Shown piece after piece: positions 14,701-28,093 of a stretch of 64,000 nucleotides of DNA. The notes beneath the pieces are model-generated. The model worked only from the letters and a program-made list of their open reading frames with translations, was not told the origin of the DNA and made no database searches. This stretch comes from the human T2T-CHM13v2.0 reference genome, Homo sapiens, in assembly GCF_009914755.1 (NCBI RefSeq), contig NC_060932.1. One strand, written 5' to 3'. The stretch's first letter is position 1; every line of letters begins with the position of its first letter. Position numbers and translations under genes: made by a program.

Positions 14701-15590
14701 CTTGATGAACTTGGGGTGGGTGGGGTGAGAGATGGATCCTTTCCTGACTTACTGTCCTATAAGGGGCAGGGGGATACTTGCCTGAGTAGGAGAGGAGCAG
14801 TGGGTAGCTAAGCTTGCTCCCAGGGCCCTCTCGGGGAAACCTGCTCCTTTTGCATTTTTCCAGGACTGGGGAGAATCCAGCCTTGGACTCCACCAGTGGG
14901 CTTCACTCATTGTTTATGAGGTGGCCAGGCTCACTGTGTCCTGAGGGCCAGACACCCCAGGGTGCTGCTGAAGAGGATAGTGCCCATTCTATCTCTGTCT
15001 CTCCCTGAGAGCGGGACCGCTTCCTCTTCCCTCTTCCATGGTGGTTGGGGTCCTCCATCCCACACTTGAACTCCCCAGGGCCCGTTGTCCTCCCTGCAGT
15101 TCCCCCGACTGTGTTCTTCAGTCCTATCAAGTCTCAACCCTCAGAATCCTGCTCTCTGAGAAGGAACCAATGCACGAACTCCAGGCGTCTCTGCCAGGCA
15201 ACACATTTGCATTTTAACTGGGATTTTCTGGGGGAAAACTCCTTACGAGGAACAAGGTAAGGAGCGCCCACTTCATCCAGGTCAGGTTTGGGAATAAACA
15301 GTGAGCCCACCCAGTGGGGGCACCTCCCGTGGCGGAGGCCAACAGAGGTGGGGCTTTGGGGGACTTCAGACAAAAGGGCAGGCAGGTGCAAAAGAGGTCT
15401 TGGGGGAAGTGAGTTTCCTCCACGTGATCAAAGCAGACCCAGCAGGCACTGCCTCCGCACTTGTGGGAAGGCGTGCTTCTGGGAACCAGAAAGCCTGGAC
15501 TTAGGGATGGAAGAACTAGGCTGGGTTCCAATCTTGTCTCCTCCCTCTACCCACAAACAAACCTAGGCAAATCCAGTCAAGGAACTGTCA

Positions 15591-16003
<413 letters not shown>

Positions 16004-16199
16004 TAGTGCCTTCATCCTAACCTATGGGATTCTTATCATACTAACTGAGATATGCTGGAGTTTACTTTCCACGTCGCACTGTACCTAATGAACATGATTC
16101 AAATGTCTACTCTCTCCTCCCTGAGGCGGCAGTGTGGCCTGGTGGCTGGTGCGCCTTCTGCCTTAGGGGGCCTGTGACACAGCAAGGGCCACAGTGGTC

Positions 16200-16370
16200 A
16201 AATGCACAGACTCTGAGGCCAGGCAGCTGGGGTCCACCTCTGAGACTTTAACCTCTCAGGACCCCGTTTTTCTATTTTAAACTGGAGATAACAATAAGAC
16301 TGTCTACACAGGCCCACTGGGAGGATTAAACACTTGTAAAAGCAAGTGAGCAGTGCTTGACTCGGTTGGC
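16200..16370 (+). mobile_element. MIR
   Basis: actttaacctctcaggaccccgttttctatt...gaggattaaa...gtaaaagca. Confidence 0.6.
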
Positions 16371-17854
16371 CCTGTGTGGGTTCCTGGCAGGGACCTCTGA
16401 AGAGGGGTGAAGAAGCCACTCTCTACCCCTGACTGTACAGCCATGCACTCAACGATGACGAACCTGTGGGGGGCTGCCCAAGCACCCCGGTGTCGGAGAA
16501 TCCTGCTTCATTTCCTAGCAGGATCGAGCCATGCAGAAGCAATGCATGACTAGTGGTTCCTATCACGCTGACTCTCTAAGGCTAAAATGAATTAGTCACA
16601 GATAAAAGTGGTCAGATCTCAGGATTCGATGCTTCCCTTTCTTTCTTAAAGCAAGGATGAGGTCTGAATAATAAAATGAGCAATAGGCCATTTAAAAAGA
16701 AGCAAAGCTAGGAACTTTCACAACAATTTTTCAGGATAAATAAAAATCAGTAAAATAAAGCTATTTTAAAATGAATTAAATTTATGAAGCTATTGAATTC
16801 TGAGAAACTGCTGCCTATCTGGTGGGGATCATGGGGTAACCCGTGTAACAGGAATACTGGGGGCTTCCAGTGTCACTCAAATAGCTCTGACTATGTCACA
16901 TACAATTATGTTGGTCCTGGACATAGAAGGGGAATACAGGGAGGCAGGAAATTGGCCTCCATGGTGAGGGGGATGCCACATGCTGGGGAGGGGGGCAGCA
17001 ATGTATCCTTTGGGACTTTAGAGGAGGGCCTGAGTTGTGAGGCCAGGAGTGAGGAGGAAAAGATTCAAGGAGAGCATGGACTCTGAGTCAGACAGAATGA
17101 CAAGAAATGAGGCATCCTCCTAGGGAAAGATATTTGGTACCAAAAAAAGGTCCATTGTAAGCTTCTTTAAATTCAGTATGAGATGGGCTAGAAAAGCAAG
17201 ATGAAAGGAGAATTGTAGCTTAGAAAGCAATTCATATGGCAAAGAGTTAGTGGGCAAGGTCTCTTGGCCAGAGTGGAACCAGAATCTATCAATGCAACAT
17301 CTTCCTGGGAAGCTGGGAACCTCAGGCTTTACATCATTATGCTCTTGTGGCACAAAATCAGACAAAGGGTATGTTCCGGACCAGGACCCAGTTTATTTTC
17401 CAAAAAGAAATTGTTGGATGTTCCAACCCCATAATATGTCCTCTACACTGAGGGACAGTTCAAAGCATTCAACAAAACTCCTTTGTGGGGGTGTTTCCTT
17501 GAGCAACAGGAGAACATTATACACAGATTTGTGACACAGCCTGGTGGGGTTTGAGCTTTGCTTTGCTGTTTTGCTTCTCTCTCTTTTTTCTAGTAAAAAC
17601 CTAAGCAAGAAGGTATATTTATAATCCCCAAAGGGAAATTCTATGCAATAGCAAAATGTAGGAACATTTGCAGTGGTGGGTCTGGCTGGGATGCCGGGTG
17701 ATGGAGCTGGTTCCTACACAGGTATCAGTGGCTCCCTGTTCGAGACAGATCTGAAGTTCAATCAGTGGCCAACTTTTCTGTCCACTGTCATTGATGGGTT
17801 CAGAAGGACCAACTTGGAGGGCACTGCTTCTAGTCAGTCATTCACCACGAAGCC

Positions 17855-18688
17855 TGGGGGTGAATGGCCCCCAAAAGACACGTCCTGCCCAGAACCTGTG
17901 AATGTGACTGTCTTAGTCGTTTTCTGTCATTTATAACAGAATAGCTGAAACTCGGTAATTTATGAAGAAAAGGAGTTTATTTCTTACAGTTATGGAGGCT
18001 AAGTCCAATGTTGAGGGGCTAAGTCTGGTGAGAGCCTTCTTGCTGGTGGGGACTCTGCAGTGTCCCCAGGTGGCACAGGTCGCCACATGGTAAGGGGGCT
18101 GAGAATCTTAATGTACTAGCCCAGGTCTCTCTTCCTCCTCTTATAAAGCCACCAGTTCCCCTCCCATGGTAACCCACTAATCCATGAGCCTATTAATTTA
18201 TTAATTCATGAATGGAACTAATCCATTCATGAGGACAGAACCTTCACAATCCAACCAGCTCTAAAAGGCCCCACCTCTCAGTACTGCCACGTTGGGGATT
18301 AAGTTTCAACATTAAGTTTTGGAGGGGGCATTCAAACCACGGAAGTGACCTTACTGAAAAGCATATTTTATAGATGTAATTAAACTACATGTGAGATCAT
18401 CTTCGATTAGGGTGGGTCCTAAATCCAATGACAACTGTTCTCATAAGAGAAGAGAAGGTGATATGAAGGCATAAGTAGAGATTGGAGGGATATGTCTACA
18501 AGTCAAGGTATTGCCATGAGCCACCAGAAGCTGGAAGAAGCAAGGAGGGATTCTCCCCTGGATCCTTCAAGCAAATGCCATTCTGATTTTGGACGTCTGG
18601 CCTTCAGAACTGTGAGAACACATTTCTGTTGTTGTAAACCACCTAGTTTGTGGCAATTTGTTACTGGCAGCCTCAGGAAACCAGTACA
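17855..18688 (+). mobile_element. MLT1 (B/C-like) LTR hosting a nested MST LTR
   Basis: tgaatggcccccaaaaga...agaacctgtgaatgtgac / gtgacctta...gcagcctcaggaaaccagtaca. Confidence 0.8.
17909..18344 (-). mobile_element. MST-family LTR nested in MLT1
   Basis: tgtcttagtc...cattcaaaccac flanked by 5-bp TSD GTGAC (17904-17908 and 18345-18349). Confidence 0.85.
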
Positions 18689-19199
18689 AACCCCTAGATT
18701 TTTCTTCATATGGCATTCAATAGAATATGTTCATTCGGAAGGGGTTCATTGGTTTTTAAAGGCAGTCCCTCCCATTTAAATTTGCCAAGTACCTGCATCA
18801 CTGTCAGAGAGTTGGGCCAAGGAGAGAGGAGAGGCCTTGGAGCGGGGAGAACAGGAAAACAATGGCCCTGGAGTTGGAGCTTCAAGAAAGACGCTGAGCT
18901 GTGGGGTTGGAGGGGTCACTTCATCTCTTGCTCATCTGTCAGATAGGAATATTATGAAGAAGAGCAAATTAGATAAATTGCAGGAATGCACAATGTCAAC
19001 ATAAAGGGTTGGCTGAGTCCCCACCATTACTCTCACCCTGGGGGAGCCCTGCTAGAAAGACCCCCTTACTGAAGCTTTGGATCAGTGGCTGTAGAGTCAG
19101 TGTGAGCTCTACAGGCAGACACCCCAGGTTCTGTGTCTTACAGCTTCGTGACCTTGGCAAATTCCTTCCCTGAGCCTCAGCTCTTCATCTGTATGGTTG

Positions 19200-19450
19200 A
19201 TACCTAGAATAGGTAAATTCATAGAGACAGAAAGTAAAATAGAGGTTATCAGGGGAGGGGGGGTGAGGGATGGGGAGTTATTGTTTAACAGGTATGGGGT
19301 TTCTGTTTGGGATGATGAAAAAGTTCTGGAAACTGATAGTGGTGATGGTTGCACAAGACAGCAAATGTACGTAATGAGACTAAATTGTACATTTGAAATG
19401 GTTAAAATGGTCATTTTTATGTTATGTATAGTTTACTAGAATTTTAAAAA
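19200..19450 (+). mobile_element. L1MB 3' end fragment beside a MIR (about 19080-19200)
   Basis: tacctagaataggtaaattcatagagacagaaagta...aaatggttaaaatgg...ttttatgttatgtata. Confidence 0.85.
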
Positions 19451-19722
19451 GCATGTTAGCTGTGTTTCCCATCCCAGGGCATTGTGGCAGTAGATGACCA
19501 GGTAGCCAGTATGGTGGGCAAGGCTGGCCAATAGGCTGGCTGCACCAGCTCAGTATTTGTATAAATGGAACCTTAATGATTTAACCCCAAGAAGAGACTA
19601 ACGTGGGATTTCAGGATCTTAGGCAGGGCCCAGGAAAGAAAAACGTGCTAAATAACTTTGAGTGGAGGAGCGGGGTAAGGGTTGAAGAGAAATCCTTCCT
19701 GTGCTCTTGAAAGTCCAGCAGG

Positions 19723-19878
19723 GGCCAGGCAGAGTGCCTCACACCTGTAATCCCAGCATTTTGGGAGGCCAAGCTTCACTTGAAGCTAGGAGTTTGAGAC
19801 CAGCCTGGGCAACAATGGAGACCCTGTCTCTATAAAAAATAAATAAATAAATAAATATTTTTTTTAAAAAAGAAGAAG
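19723..19878 (+). mobile_element. FLAM_C / Alu left monomer
   Basis: Monomer with TSD aaagtccagcagg. Confidence 0.88.
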
Positions 19879-20029
19879 AAAGTCCAGCAGGTAGGTGGAG
19901 ACTTTTTCTTTTCCTTTGCAAAAGCAGCCAAGAACCTTCTGAACCTTGGGGCTGCTCTTGGATCCCTTTGCTCTGTATCCTCCCATTCAACTAAATGTCC
20001 CATATTTGGCCCAATTTCAAGTTTACATT

Positions 20030-20760
20030 CGTTTGTCTGGCCTGGAGCCTGCCGTCTTCCAAGGAAGCGCAGTCTGCATTATCCGCCCTCTCTCTCTGAG
20101 GAAGACAGATGGATCGGCAAATCGTGGGCTGGAGACAGGAACTCGGGCCCCACCTCCGGCCTGTCAATTCCAAGCCCCTCAGAGTCTTTGTTGTACATCG
20201 CTGCCATGGCGACTGCTGGGGACAACACCTGGCCAGCGGAAGCCTGCCAAAGCCCACTGCAGCAAGAGCAAGGGACGAAGAGGGTATTTCCGGGACAGTT
20301 AGTGAGCAATTAGAGACCGGGGGCTAGAGCGAGCGAGCCAGCCCAAGCAGTCGGGAAGTGTTTGACCCAGAATTTAAACCACAGAGGCTGAAAATATAAT
20401 TTTTAAAAATCAATATAATTGCTTTTGTAAGTGCTAAATACTGCAGAACTCTTTATAAGTTACTTTCTGATTCTTTATTCTGGGGCATAGTGACCAATAA
20501 GCATGCTGGCCTCCATTCCTGGCCCTTCTTGGGGTTTATAATTACAGCAGATCCACGGAGAGCTCGCAAACACCCTGGCCCGGCCAGGCAGAGACCAGCT
20601 GTTTGCACACAGACCTCGAAGCGAGCAGGGCTTGCAGACAGTGAAACATGTTCTCGTATTAACATCTTTCTCACGAGCACTGCCCCCTACACTGCTAACA
20701 CAGTCAGAGGAGTCAAAAGTGGCTTCCCCGTGTGTTTCTCCATTGCACTCCCCGTTATTT
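20030..20760. promoter_or_regulatory. CpG-enriched, repeat-free candidate cis-regulatory element
   Basis: Many retained non-Alu CpGs, X-box-like GCTGCCATGGCGAC (20200-20213), GGAAG cores, adjacent AT-rich TTTAT block. Confidence 0.4.
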
Positions 20761-21339
20761 AAAAAAACATGGAGTTTTAAATTTCACGTTCTGTGATCTA
20801 ACTTCCCATTTCCCACTCACAAACAAATGACATCTGGCCACTCTCAACAATAAACTTGGAAAGATGAGACATTTCCTGTTAGTGCTCCATGTAACCCCTG
20901 CTTAAACTTTCAAATTCCTGAAATAATTGCCCGAAAAATAAATGGATCATTAAAAAGTGAAGAAAAGGGAGAAGAGGGGGGTTGGGAACCTGCCAGGAGC
21001 GCCTCTGACAGTCAATGTTGATAAGTTTTTAGCAATATTCCGGCATTTATTTAAAAAACCATGTTTTAACACTGATAGATGAAAACAGATTTGTTATTCT
21101 GCACAACCACCTTGTGGAAATCGCAATTGGATAAACCTTCCAGGCTGCTAGATCCAACATCACAGCTAATTGCCCAATTTCTTGAAGTGATGGTAGAAAA
21201 TATTATTTTAAAGTCCTCATCTGTTTTTTAGCACTCTGCTTATCTATCCACCTAATTCCTAAGAAATGGCATATGGTCTCACAACTTCAACAGTTACACA
21301 ACCCCATTATTTTTCAAAGCTGCGTTTCGAAGCCTGGAT

Positions 21340-21780
21340 TTTCTTCCTCATCTTCAGCTGCCAGCTGGACATTTCTTCTTGGAGGCCCTACCCTTATCTC
21401 CCGTTCAGCATGACTAAGGCTGGTTACTCTGCACCAGCCTCCCAAAGCCGGCTCCCCTCTCCACACTTCCTCTTTCTCTCAATGATAACAGCTTTCTCCA
21501 AGATCCAGGCTCAACCTATGGTGATATCATGGAGGCCTGGGCTCTTCCCCTCCCAGCCCATATACACAGGGATCCATCCTATCACATCACATGTGACCTT
21601 TCTTTCCATTCCTACAACAGCCACCAACCTTGACAAGTCCAGTGATTTCCTAACACGTGTCCCTCTTCCACTTTCTGTCCCCATCCATCCAGGCAGCACC
21701 TGACAGCTAACCCATCTAATAGACCACTCTAATCCAGCATTTTCCTGCTCAAAATCTTTCAATGCATTCTTAGCATAAGG
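21340..21780. mobile_element. L2 remnant
   Basis: gccagctggacatttcttcttggagg...ctttctccattcctacaacagccacc...cctgctcaaaatctttcaatg. Confidence 0.55.
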
Positions 21781-21788
21781 CTTGCACA

Positions 21789-21964
21789 CAAGGTGGGCTT
21801 CATGGGTGTAGGACCTGGCCAGTCGCACAGGGCCCCATGCTTGGGAGGGCTCTGCATTTGGTTTGATCTCTGTTGCACTGTCTTGAAATTCTTAATCATT
21901 TTTGAACAAGGGGCCTTATGTTTTCATTTTTCACTGGACCCTGTGAATGAGGTAATGGGTCCTG
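21789..21964 (+). mobile_element. MER91A (hAT-Tip100 MITE)
   Basis: cagtcgcacagggcccc...gtcttgaaattcttaat...tttttgaacaaggggcc...ggtcctg. Confidence 0.8.
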
Positions 21965-22208
21965 CTTACATGCTGAGTCCAGAACCCTTAGCTTGGCATT
22001 CAGAACTGTTGCAATTTGGCTGGCTGTGCTTTATAGTCTAATGAGTACATCTTGACTCAGACCTCCAGTCCAGCCATTCATATTGATAATTTACTGTAAC
22101 TGAGATATTTCATGCTTATTTCTGCTTCCAGCTCTTTATTCATCCAATTCCTCTCTCCCACCATACCATCCCTGCTTTATCTCTCTTTCTCTCTCATTTC
22201 TATCCTAC

Positions 22209-22610
22209 CTGCCCAAGGCTGTAGGAGCCCACCTCTTGCATCAGCATGATCTGGATGTGAGACATGGAGTCAAAGGGGATCACTTTGGAACTTTAAGGTT
22301 TAATGACTACACCATTTGGATTTCAGACTTGTGTCGGGCTTGTAGCCCCTTTGTTTTGGCCAATTACTCCCATTTGGAATACGCGTATTTACCCAATGCC
22401 TGTACCCCCATTGTATCCAGGAATAACTAACTTGCTTTTGATTTTACAGGCTCATAGGCGGAAGGGACTTGCCTTGTCTCAGATGAGACTGTGGACTTGG
22501 ACTTTTGGGTTAATGCTGGAATGAGTTAAGACTTTGGAGGACTGTTGGAAGGGCATGATTATGTTTTAAAATGTGAGGACATGAGATTTTTGGAGTGGCC
22601 AGGGGAAGAA
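22209..22610 (+). mobile_element. THE1 internal region, 3' end only
   Basis: ctcttgcatcagcatga...gttaatgctggaatgagttaagactttgg, with purine tract ggccaggggaagaa abutting the LTR. Confidence 0.85.
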
Positions 22611-22987
22611 TGATATGGTTTGGCTGTGTCCTCACCCAAATCTCATCTTGAATTGTAGTTCCCATAATCCCCATGTGTCGTGGAAGGGACCCAGTGAGAG
22701 GTAATTGAATCATGAAGGCAGTTAACTCCTTGCCATTCTCGTGATAGTGAGTGAGTTCTCATAAGACCTGACGGTTTTATAAAGGGCTTTTCCCCCACTT
22801 TGCTCTGCATTTCTCCTCACTGCCGCCATGTGAAGAAGGACGTGTTTGCTTCCCCTTCTGCCATTATTGTAGGTTTCCTGAGGCCTCCCTAGCCATGCTG
22901 AACTGTAAGTCAATTAAACCTCTTTTCTTTATAAATTACTCAGTCTCAGGTATGTCTTTATTAGCAGCATGAGAGCAGACTAACACA
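22611..22987 (+). mobile_element. THE1C/D 3' LTR
   Basis: tgatatggtttggctgtgtcc...attaaacctc...gactaacaca. Confidence 0.92.
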
Positions 22988-23807
22988 CTACTCATATTTG
23001 AAGATCCTTCTCTCCCATCATCTCTCCCTGCAATGATGGTCTTTTCCTCCTGCAATGATGGTCAGCCTCATTTGGCTTTTATGCTAATTTTTCTATCAGT
23101 TTCTTCCTTTATTTCATGAGTCTTATTCTCCCAACCAGTAAATATTTGGGTTCAAAGAGCATGTTTTATTTGTCAGTGCCATGCCTGACAAATAATGCCT
23201 TACAGTGTGCATGGTTGATAGTCGATTGATGAGCTATTTCTCCTCTGTCGGCAGTGAGGGTTTTAGGTAGTTTCCACTTTACATACAAGTAACAGGCATA
23301 ACACAGGTTAAAATTTGCTCAGGCAAAGCGTAGAAAACTGGAAATAGTCATGGAGCAGCTCTCTATATTATTTCCATAAGTATGTATTGAATGCCTGCTT
23401 TGTGTCAGGTGCTGTCCCATGCTCAGCAACAGGAAGGCAGTTGCAGAGTGGCCACTCTCATTAGATCTACAGCAAAGTGCTGGGGTCACAACTCCAGCCC
23501 CATTGCCCAAGAGCAGTATGGTCTTGTACGAGAAACTTAACTTCTGTGTGCCAAATTTTTCCATCTGAAAAATGGGGATAATAATACCAAAAGCACAGGC
23601 AAGAAAAGAAAAAATTGATAAATAGGATTTCATCCAAATTAAAAACTGTACATCAAAAGACACTGTTGAGTGAAAGGACAACCCACAAAATGGGAGAAAA
23701 CATTTGCAAATCATGTATCTGATAAGGGATTAATATTCAGAATATATAACAAACTCCTATAACTCAACAACAAAACCACAAATAACCCAACTCAAGATGG
23801 ACAAAGA

Positions 23808-24082
23808 GGCCAGGTGCAGTGACTCACGCCTATAATCCCAACATTTTGGGAGGCAGAGACAGGAGAACTGCTTGAGACCAGGAGTTTAAGACCAGGCTAG
23901 GCAACATAGCAGGATGCTGTTTCTAAAAATAAAAATAAACAGCCAGGTGTGGTGGCACACGCCTGTAGTCCTAGCTACTTGGGAGGCCGTGTGAAGCAGG
24001 AAGAATCTCTTGAATCTAGGAGTTTGAGGCTTTAGTGAGCTATGATTTAGTGCAGGCTAGAGCTGCACTCTAGCCTGGGTGA
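23808..24082 (+). mobile_element. AluJ lacking its tail
   Basis: Dimer ends at gcctgggtga and joins directly to L1 sequence. Confidence 0.85.
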
Positions 24083-24196
24083 ATAAACACAGGAAAATAT
24101 GCTCAACACTACTAGTCATTAAGGAAATGAAAATCAAACCACAATCAGATAACACATCTCACCCATTAGGATGGCTATCATCAAAATGGTGGAAAA

Positions 24197-24632
24197 CAAT
24201 AGCAAAGACATGGAATCAACCTAGATGCCCATCAATGGTGGACTGGGTAAAGAAACTGTGGTACATAAACACCATGAAATACTACACAGCCATAAGAAAG
24301 AAATGATGTCCTTTGCAGCAACATAGATGCAGCTGGAGGCCATTATCCTAAGCAAATTAACACAGGAACAGAAAACCAAATACTCCATGTCCTCACTTAC
24401 AAGTGGGAGCTAAACATTGAGTACACATGGATATAAAGATGGGAACAATAGACACTGGGGACTAGTAGAGGGAGGAGGAAGGGAGAGAAGTGAGGGTTGA
24501 AAAACTACCTTTTGGACACTATGGTCACTACCTGGGTGACAGGATCATTAGTATCCCAAACCTCAGCATCATGCAGTATACTCATGTAACAAACCTGCAT
24601 ATGTACTCCCAAAACTAAAATCAAAGTTGAAA
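24197..24632 (+). mobile_element. L1PA16-like 3' end nested in L1MB
   Basis: gggttgaaaaactacct...aaacctcagcatcatgcagtata...; 14-bp TSD aaaatggtggaaaa (24183-24196 and 24633-24646). Confidence 0.88.
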
Positions 24633-25647
24633 AAAATGGTGGAAAATAACAGGTATTGGTGAGGAAGTGGAGAAAGCAGAGCCCTTGTGCTTTGCTGATG
24701 GGAATGTAAAATATTGTTCCCACTGTAGAAAACAGCATCATAAGTCCTTAAAAAGTTAAACGTAGAATTACCATATGATCCAGCAATCCCACTTCTGGGT
24801 ATATACCCAAAAGAACCCAAAGCAAGGACTCAGACTACCTGCTCATGCTAGTAGCAGTATTCATTCACAATAGCCAAAAGGTAGAAGCAATCCAAATGCC
24901 CATCAATGAATGAATTGGATAAATAAAATGTGTATACATACATATATCATATATTTACACACATACATACATATACGAATATTACTCAGTCTAAAAAAGG
25001 AATCAAATTATTTTTCCCTCCTCTACTCTGAAGGAAGAAAAAAGAATGAAGTTCTGATACATGCTACAACATGGATGAACCTTCATGCTAAGTGAAATAA
25101 ACCAGTCACAAAAGGACAAATATGATTCCACTTATGTGAGGTACCCAGAATAGGCAAATTCATAGAGACAGAAAGTACAATTGTGGTTGCCAGAGTCTAG
25201 GGGGAGGACAGATGGGCAGTTATTGTTTAATAAATATGAAGTTTCTGTTTGAGATAGTAAAAAAGACTGGAAATGGGTAGTGATGATGGTCACACAACAC
25301 TGAATGTGTTTAATGCCACTGAATAATAAACCTAAAAATGGTTACAATGGTAAATTGTATGTGATGTATATTTTACCACAATTTAAAAAGCATGGATAAT
25401 AATAGTCTACTACACAGGTTGTTTTAAGGATTGAATAAAATATTATTTGTAAAGCACTTAGAAGAATGCCTGGCACGTACAAAGTTTGGTTAAATAAGTA
25501 GGTGCAAGGGTAAGACCAATTGATTTAATTCTAGGTATTATTTCCCCAAACTGAGCCATGCTGCTGCCTAAACCCTGCAATCACAAGATAATTTCCTTTT
25601 TTTTTTCCCCCTCCAGTCCATGTAGGTCCCACTTTTCTCTGCACCTC

Positions 25648-26011
25648 TGATATGGTTTGGCTGTATCCCCACCCAAATCTCCTCTTGAATTGTAGCTCCC
25701 ATAATTCCCACGTGTTGTGGGAGGGACCCAGTGGGAGGTAATTGAATCATGGGGGTGGGTCTTTCCCTAGCTGTTCTCTTGAGAGTGAATAAGTCTCATG
25801 AGATCTGATGGCTTTATAAAGGAGAGTTCCCCTGCACACACTCTCTTGCCTGCCATCCTGTAAGACATGACTTTGTTCCTCATTCGCCTTCCGCCATGAT
25901 TGTGAGGTCTCCCCAGCCATGTAGAACTGTGAGTCCATTAAACCTCTTTCCTTTATAAATTTCCCAGTCTCAAGTATGTCTTTATTAGCAGTGTGAGAAC
26001 AGACTAATACA
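25648..26011 (+). mobile_element. THE1B/C solo LTR
   Basis: tgatatggtttggctgt...gtgagaacagactaataca. Confidence 0.92.
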
Positions 26012-27459
26012 ACTGCTGACCTATGCAGTGCAGTAGTCAAGTCTGTAGCATCTCTGTCATCCTCTACTTGTTTCAGCATGTTAGTCCTGTCCACTCAGGT
26101 TGGCTGCAGGTTTTTGAGGACAGAGACCAATCCACGCATCTCTGTACAGAGTTTGGCAGTGCTGGGTCCATTGTCACCAATAACGAAACAAGTGTCATCC
26201 AGTAGATCCTCTGAATTCAGTTCTGCATTTGTGGCTTATCAGAATAAGGTGAAAAGGGATGAAAGGAAAGGTGAGCATCTGTCATACACAGTCTTCCCGC
26301 AGCTCATTTGTTCATTCATTAGTAGTGAGCATGATTCTTTTCCCATATACCCTGTTATGAAAGAAAATAAATGTATTTTCTTATAGCTGTTCTGAGTTTC
26401 CAGCAAGGCTCCCTGGGTGTAGGAGAAACTTACTTGCAGTCAATCTAGAGTTTTCCTTCCATCTCCCCAGGTTGGATCTAAGAGCTGGAGAGGCTTCCAT
26501 TGCTCTATAGCTGGGGAGGGGAGCTGGAGATGGAGGCCTGGTCCTAGGTGTGATCTAACCTCTGTGAAGGACTTGCTGAAACATTCCCGGCTTCTATGGC
26601 TGGTCACAGCTGTATCCACCCACTTTCTCAACCTCAAGGCCTCCAAGTGACTGTCAGTTCCCTGTGCTCTTAGGGTGCCACAGCCAGCCCGAGGGATGTT
26701 CTGCAGCTGGGCCCACAGAGCAGGCTGTCCACCATTTATGCCACCCTCGGGCTCACAGAGAACATCCTATGGCTCCCAGGTGAGGCCTGCACAGCCATGT
26801 CTGCTCTGGGGCCTTGATTCCACCTCCTCCTGGGCTTAAGCAGAGGCTGGGGCTCAGCTCTCATCTCTGTCAGGTTCCTCAGACACACCTGGGGTTTCTC
26901 TTGTCATGTGTTCACCTGGGATGTGGCTTGTAGGAATGATGCGGGAGAGAGGGCAGGGGATTCATCCACGCTCTCCTGGCTTCTCACTTCTCTGCAGGAC
27001 ATCTAGTTCTGATTAGAACAATACTTGTCCTAATCAATGGTTTCTGCCCTGAGTTTCCTCAAAAGTCCTTCCTTCCCAGTCACTTGTTTGCCAAGACAAT
27101 CAGCTCTATTCTGTGGCTGCCTAAATGGGGTATAGCAAGGGTTATGGGGTAGAAGGAAGTGTTGGGGAGAGAAGATGTTAATATTTTTAAATTATGAAAT
27201 GTCTCACACTCATCCATCTGACAAATATTAATCGAGCATGCTTTCCACATGACGGGCACGGTGCTAGTGCTGGACAGACCACAGAAAGAAAAATGGGGAC
27301 ATCACTGCTCTATGGAGCCGACAGCACAGTGCAGAGCTTCCAGTCTGGAGGCAAAGAGCTATGGATCCCTCCTATGCAGAGGAAACTCTTAGCAGAAAAC
27401 TGCAATCTCAAAGGATTTAAAAATGACTTCTTAGACAGAGGGCAAGAGAATCCATTCAA

Positions 27460-28093
<634 letters not shown>

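Larger units (their letters stand above)
23588..25388 (+). mobile_element. L1MB 3' portion inserted in a MIR; hosts AluJ and L1PA16
   Basis: ORF2 C-terminal and 3' UTR motifs; MIR halves flank it with ggataataata repeated. Confidence 0.85.

Noticed and set aside
22611-26011. The two THE1 LTRs as ends of one provirus
   Set aside because: Their central sequences differ by subfamily, the internal fragment lies upstream of the first LTR, and the DNA between them is MIR, L1 and Alu.
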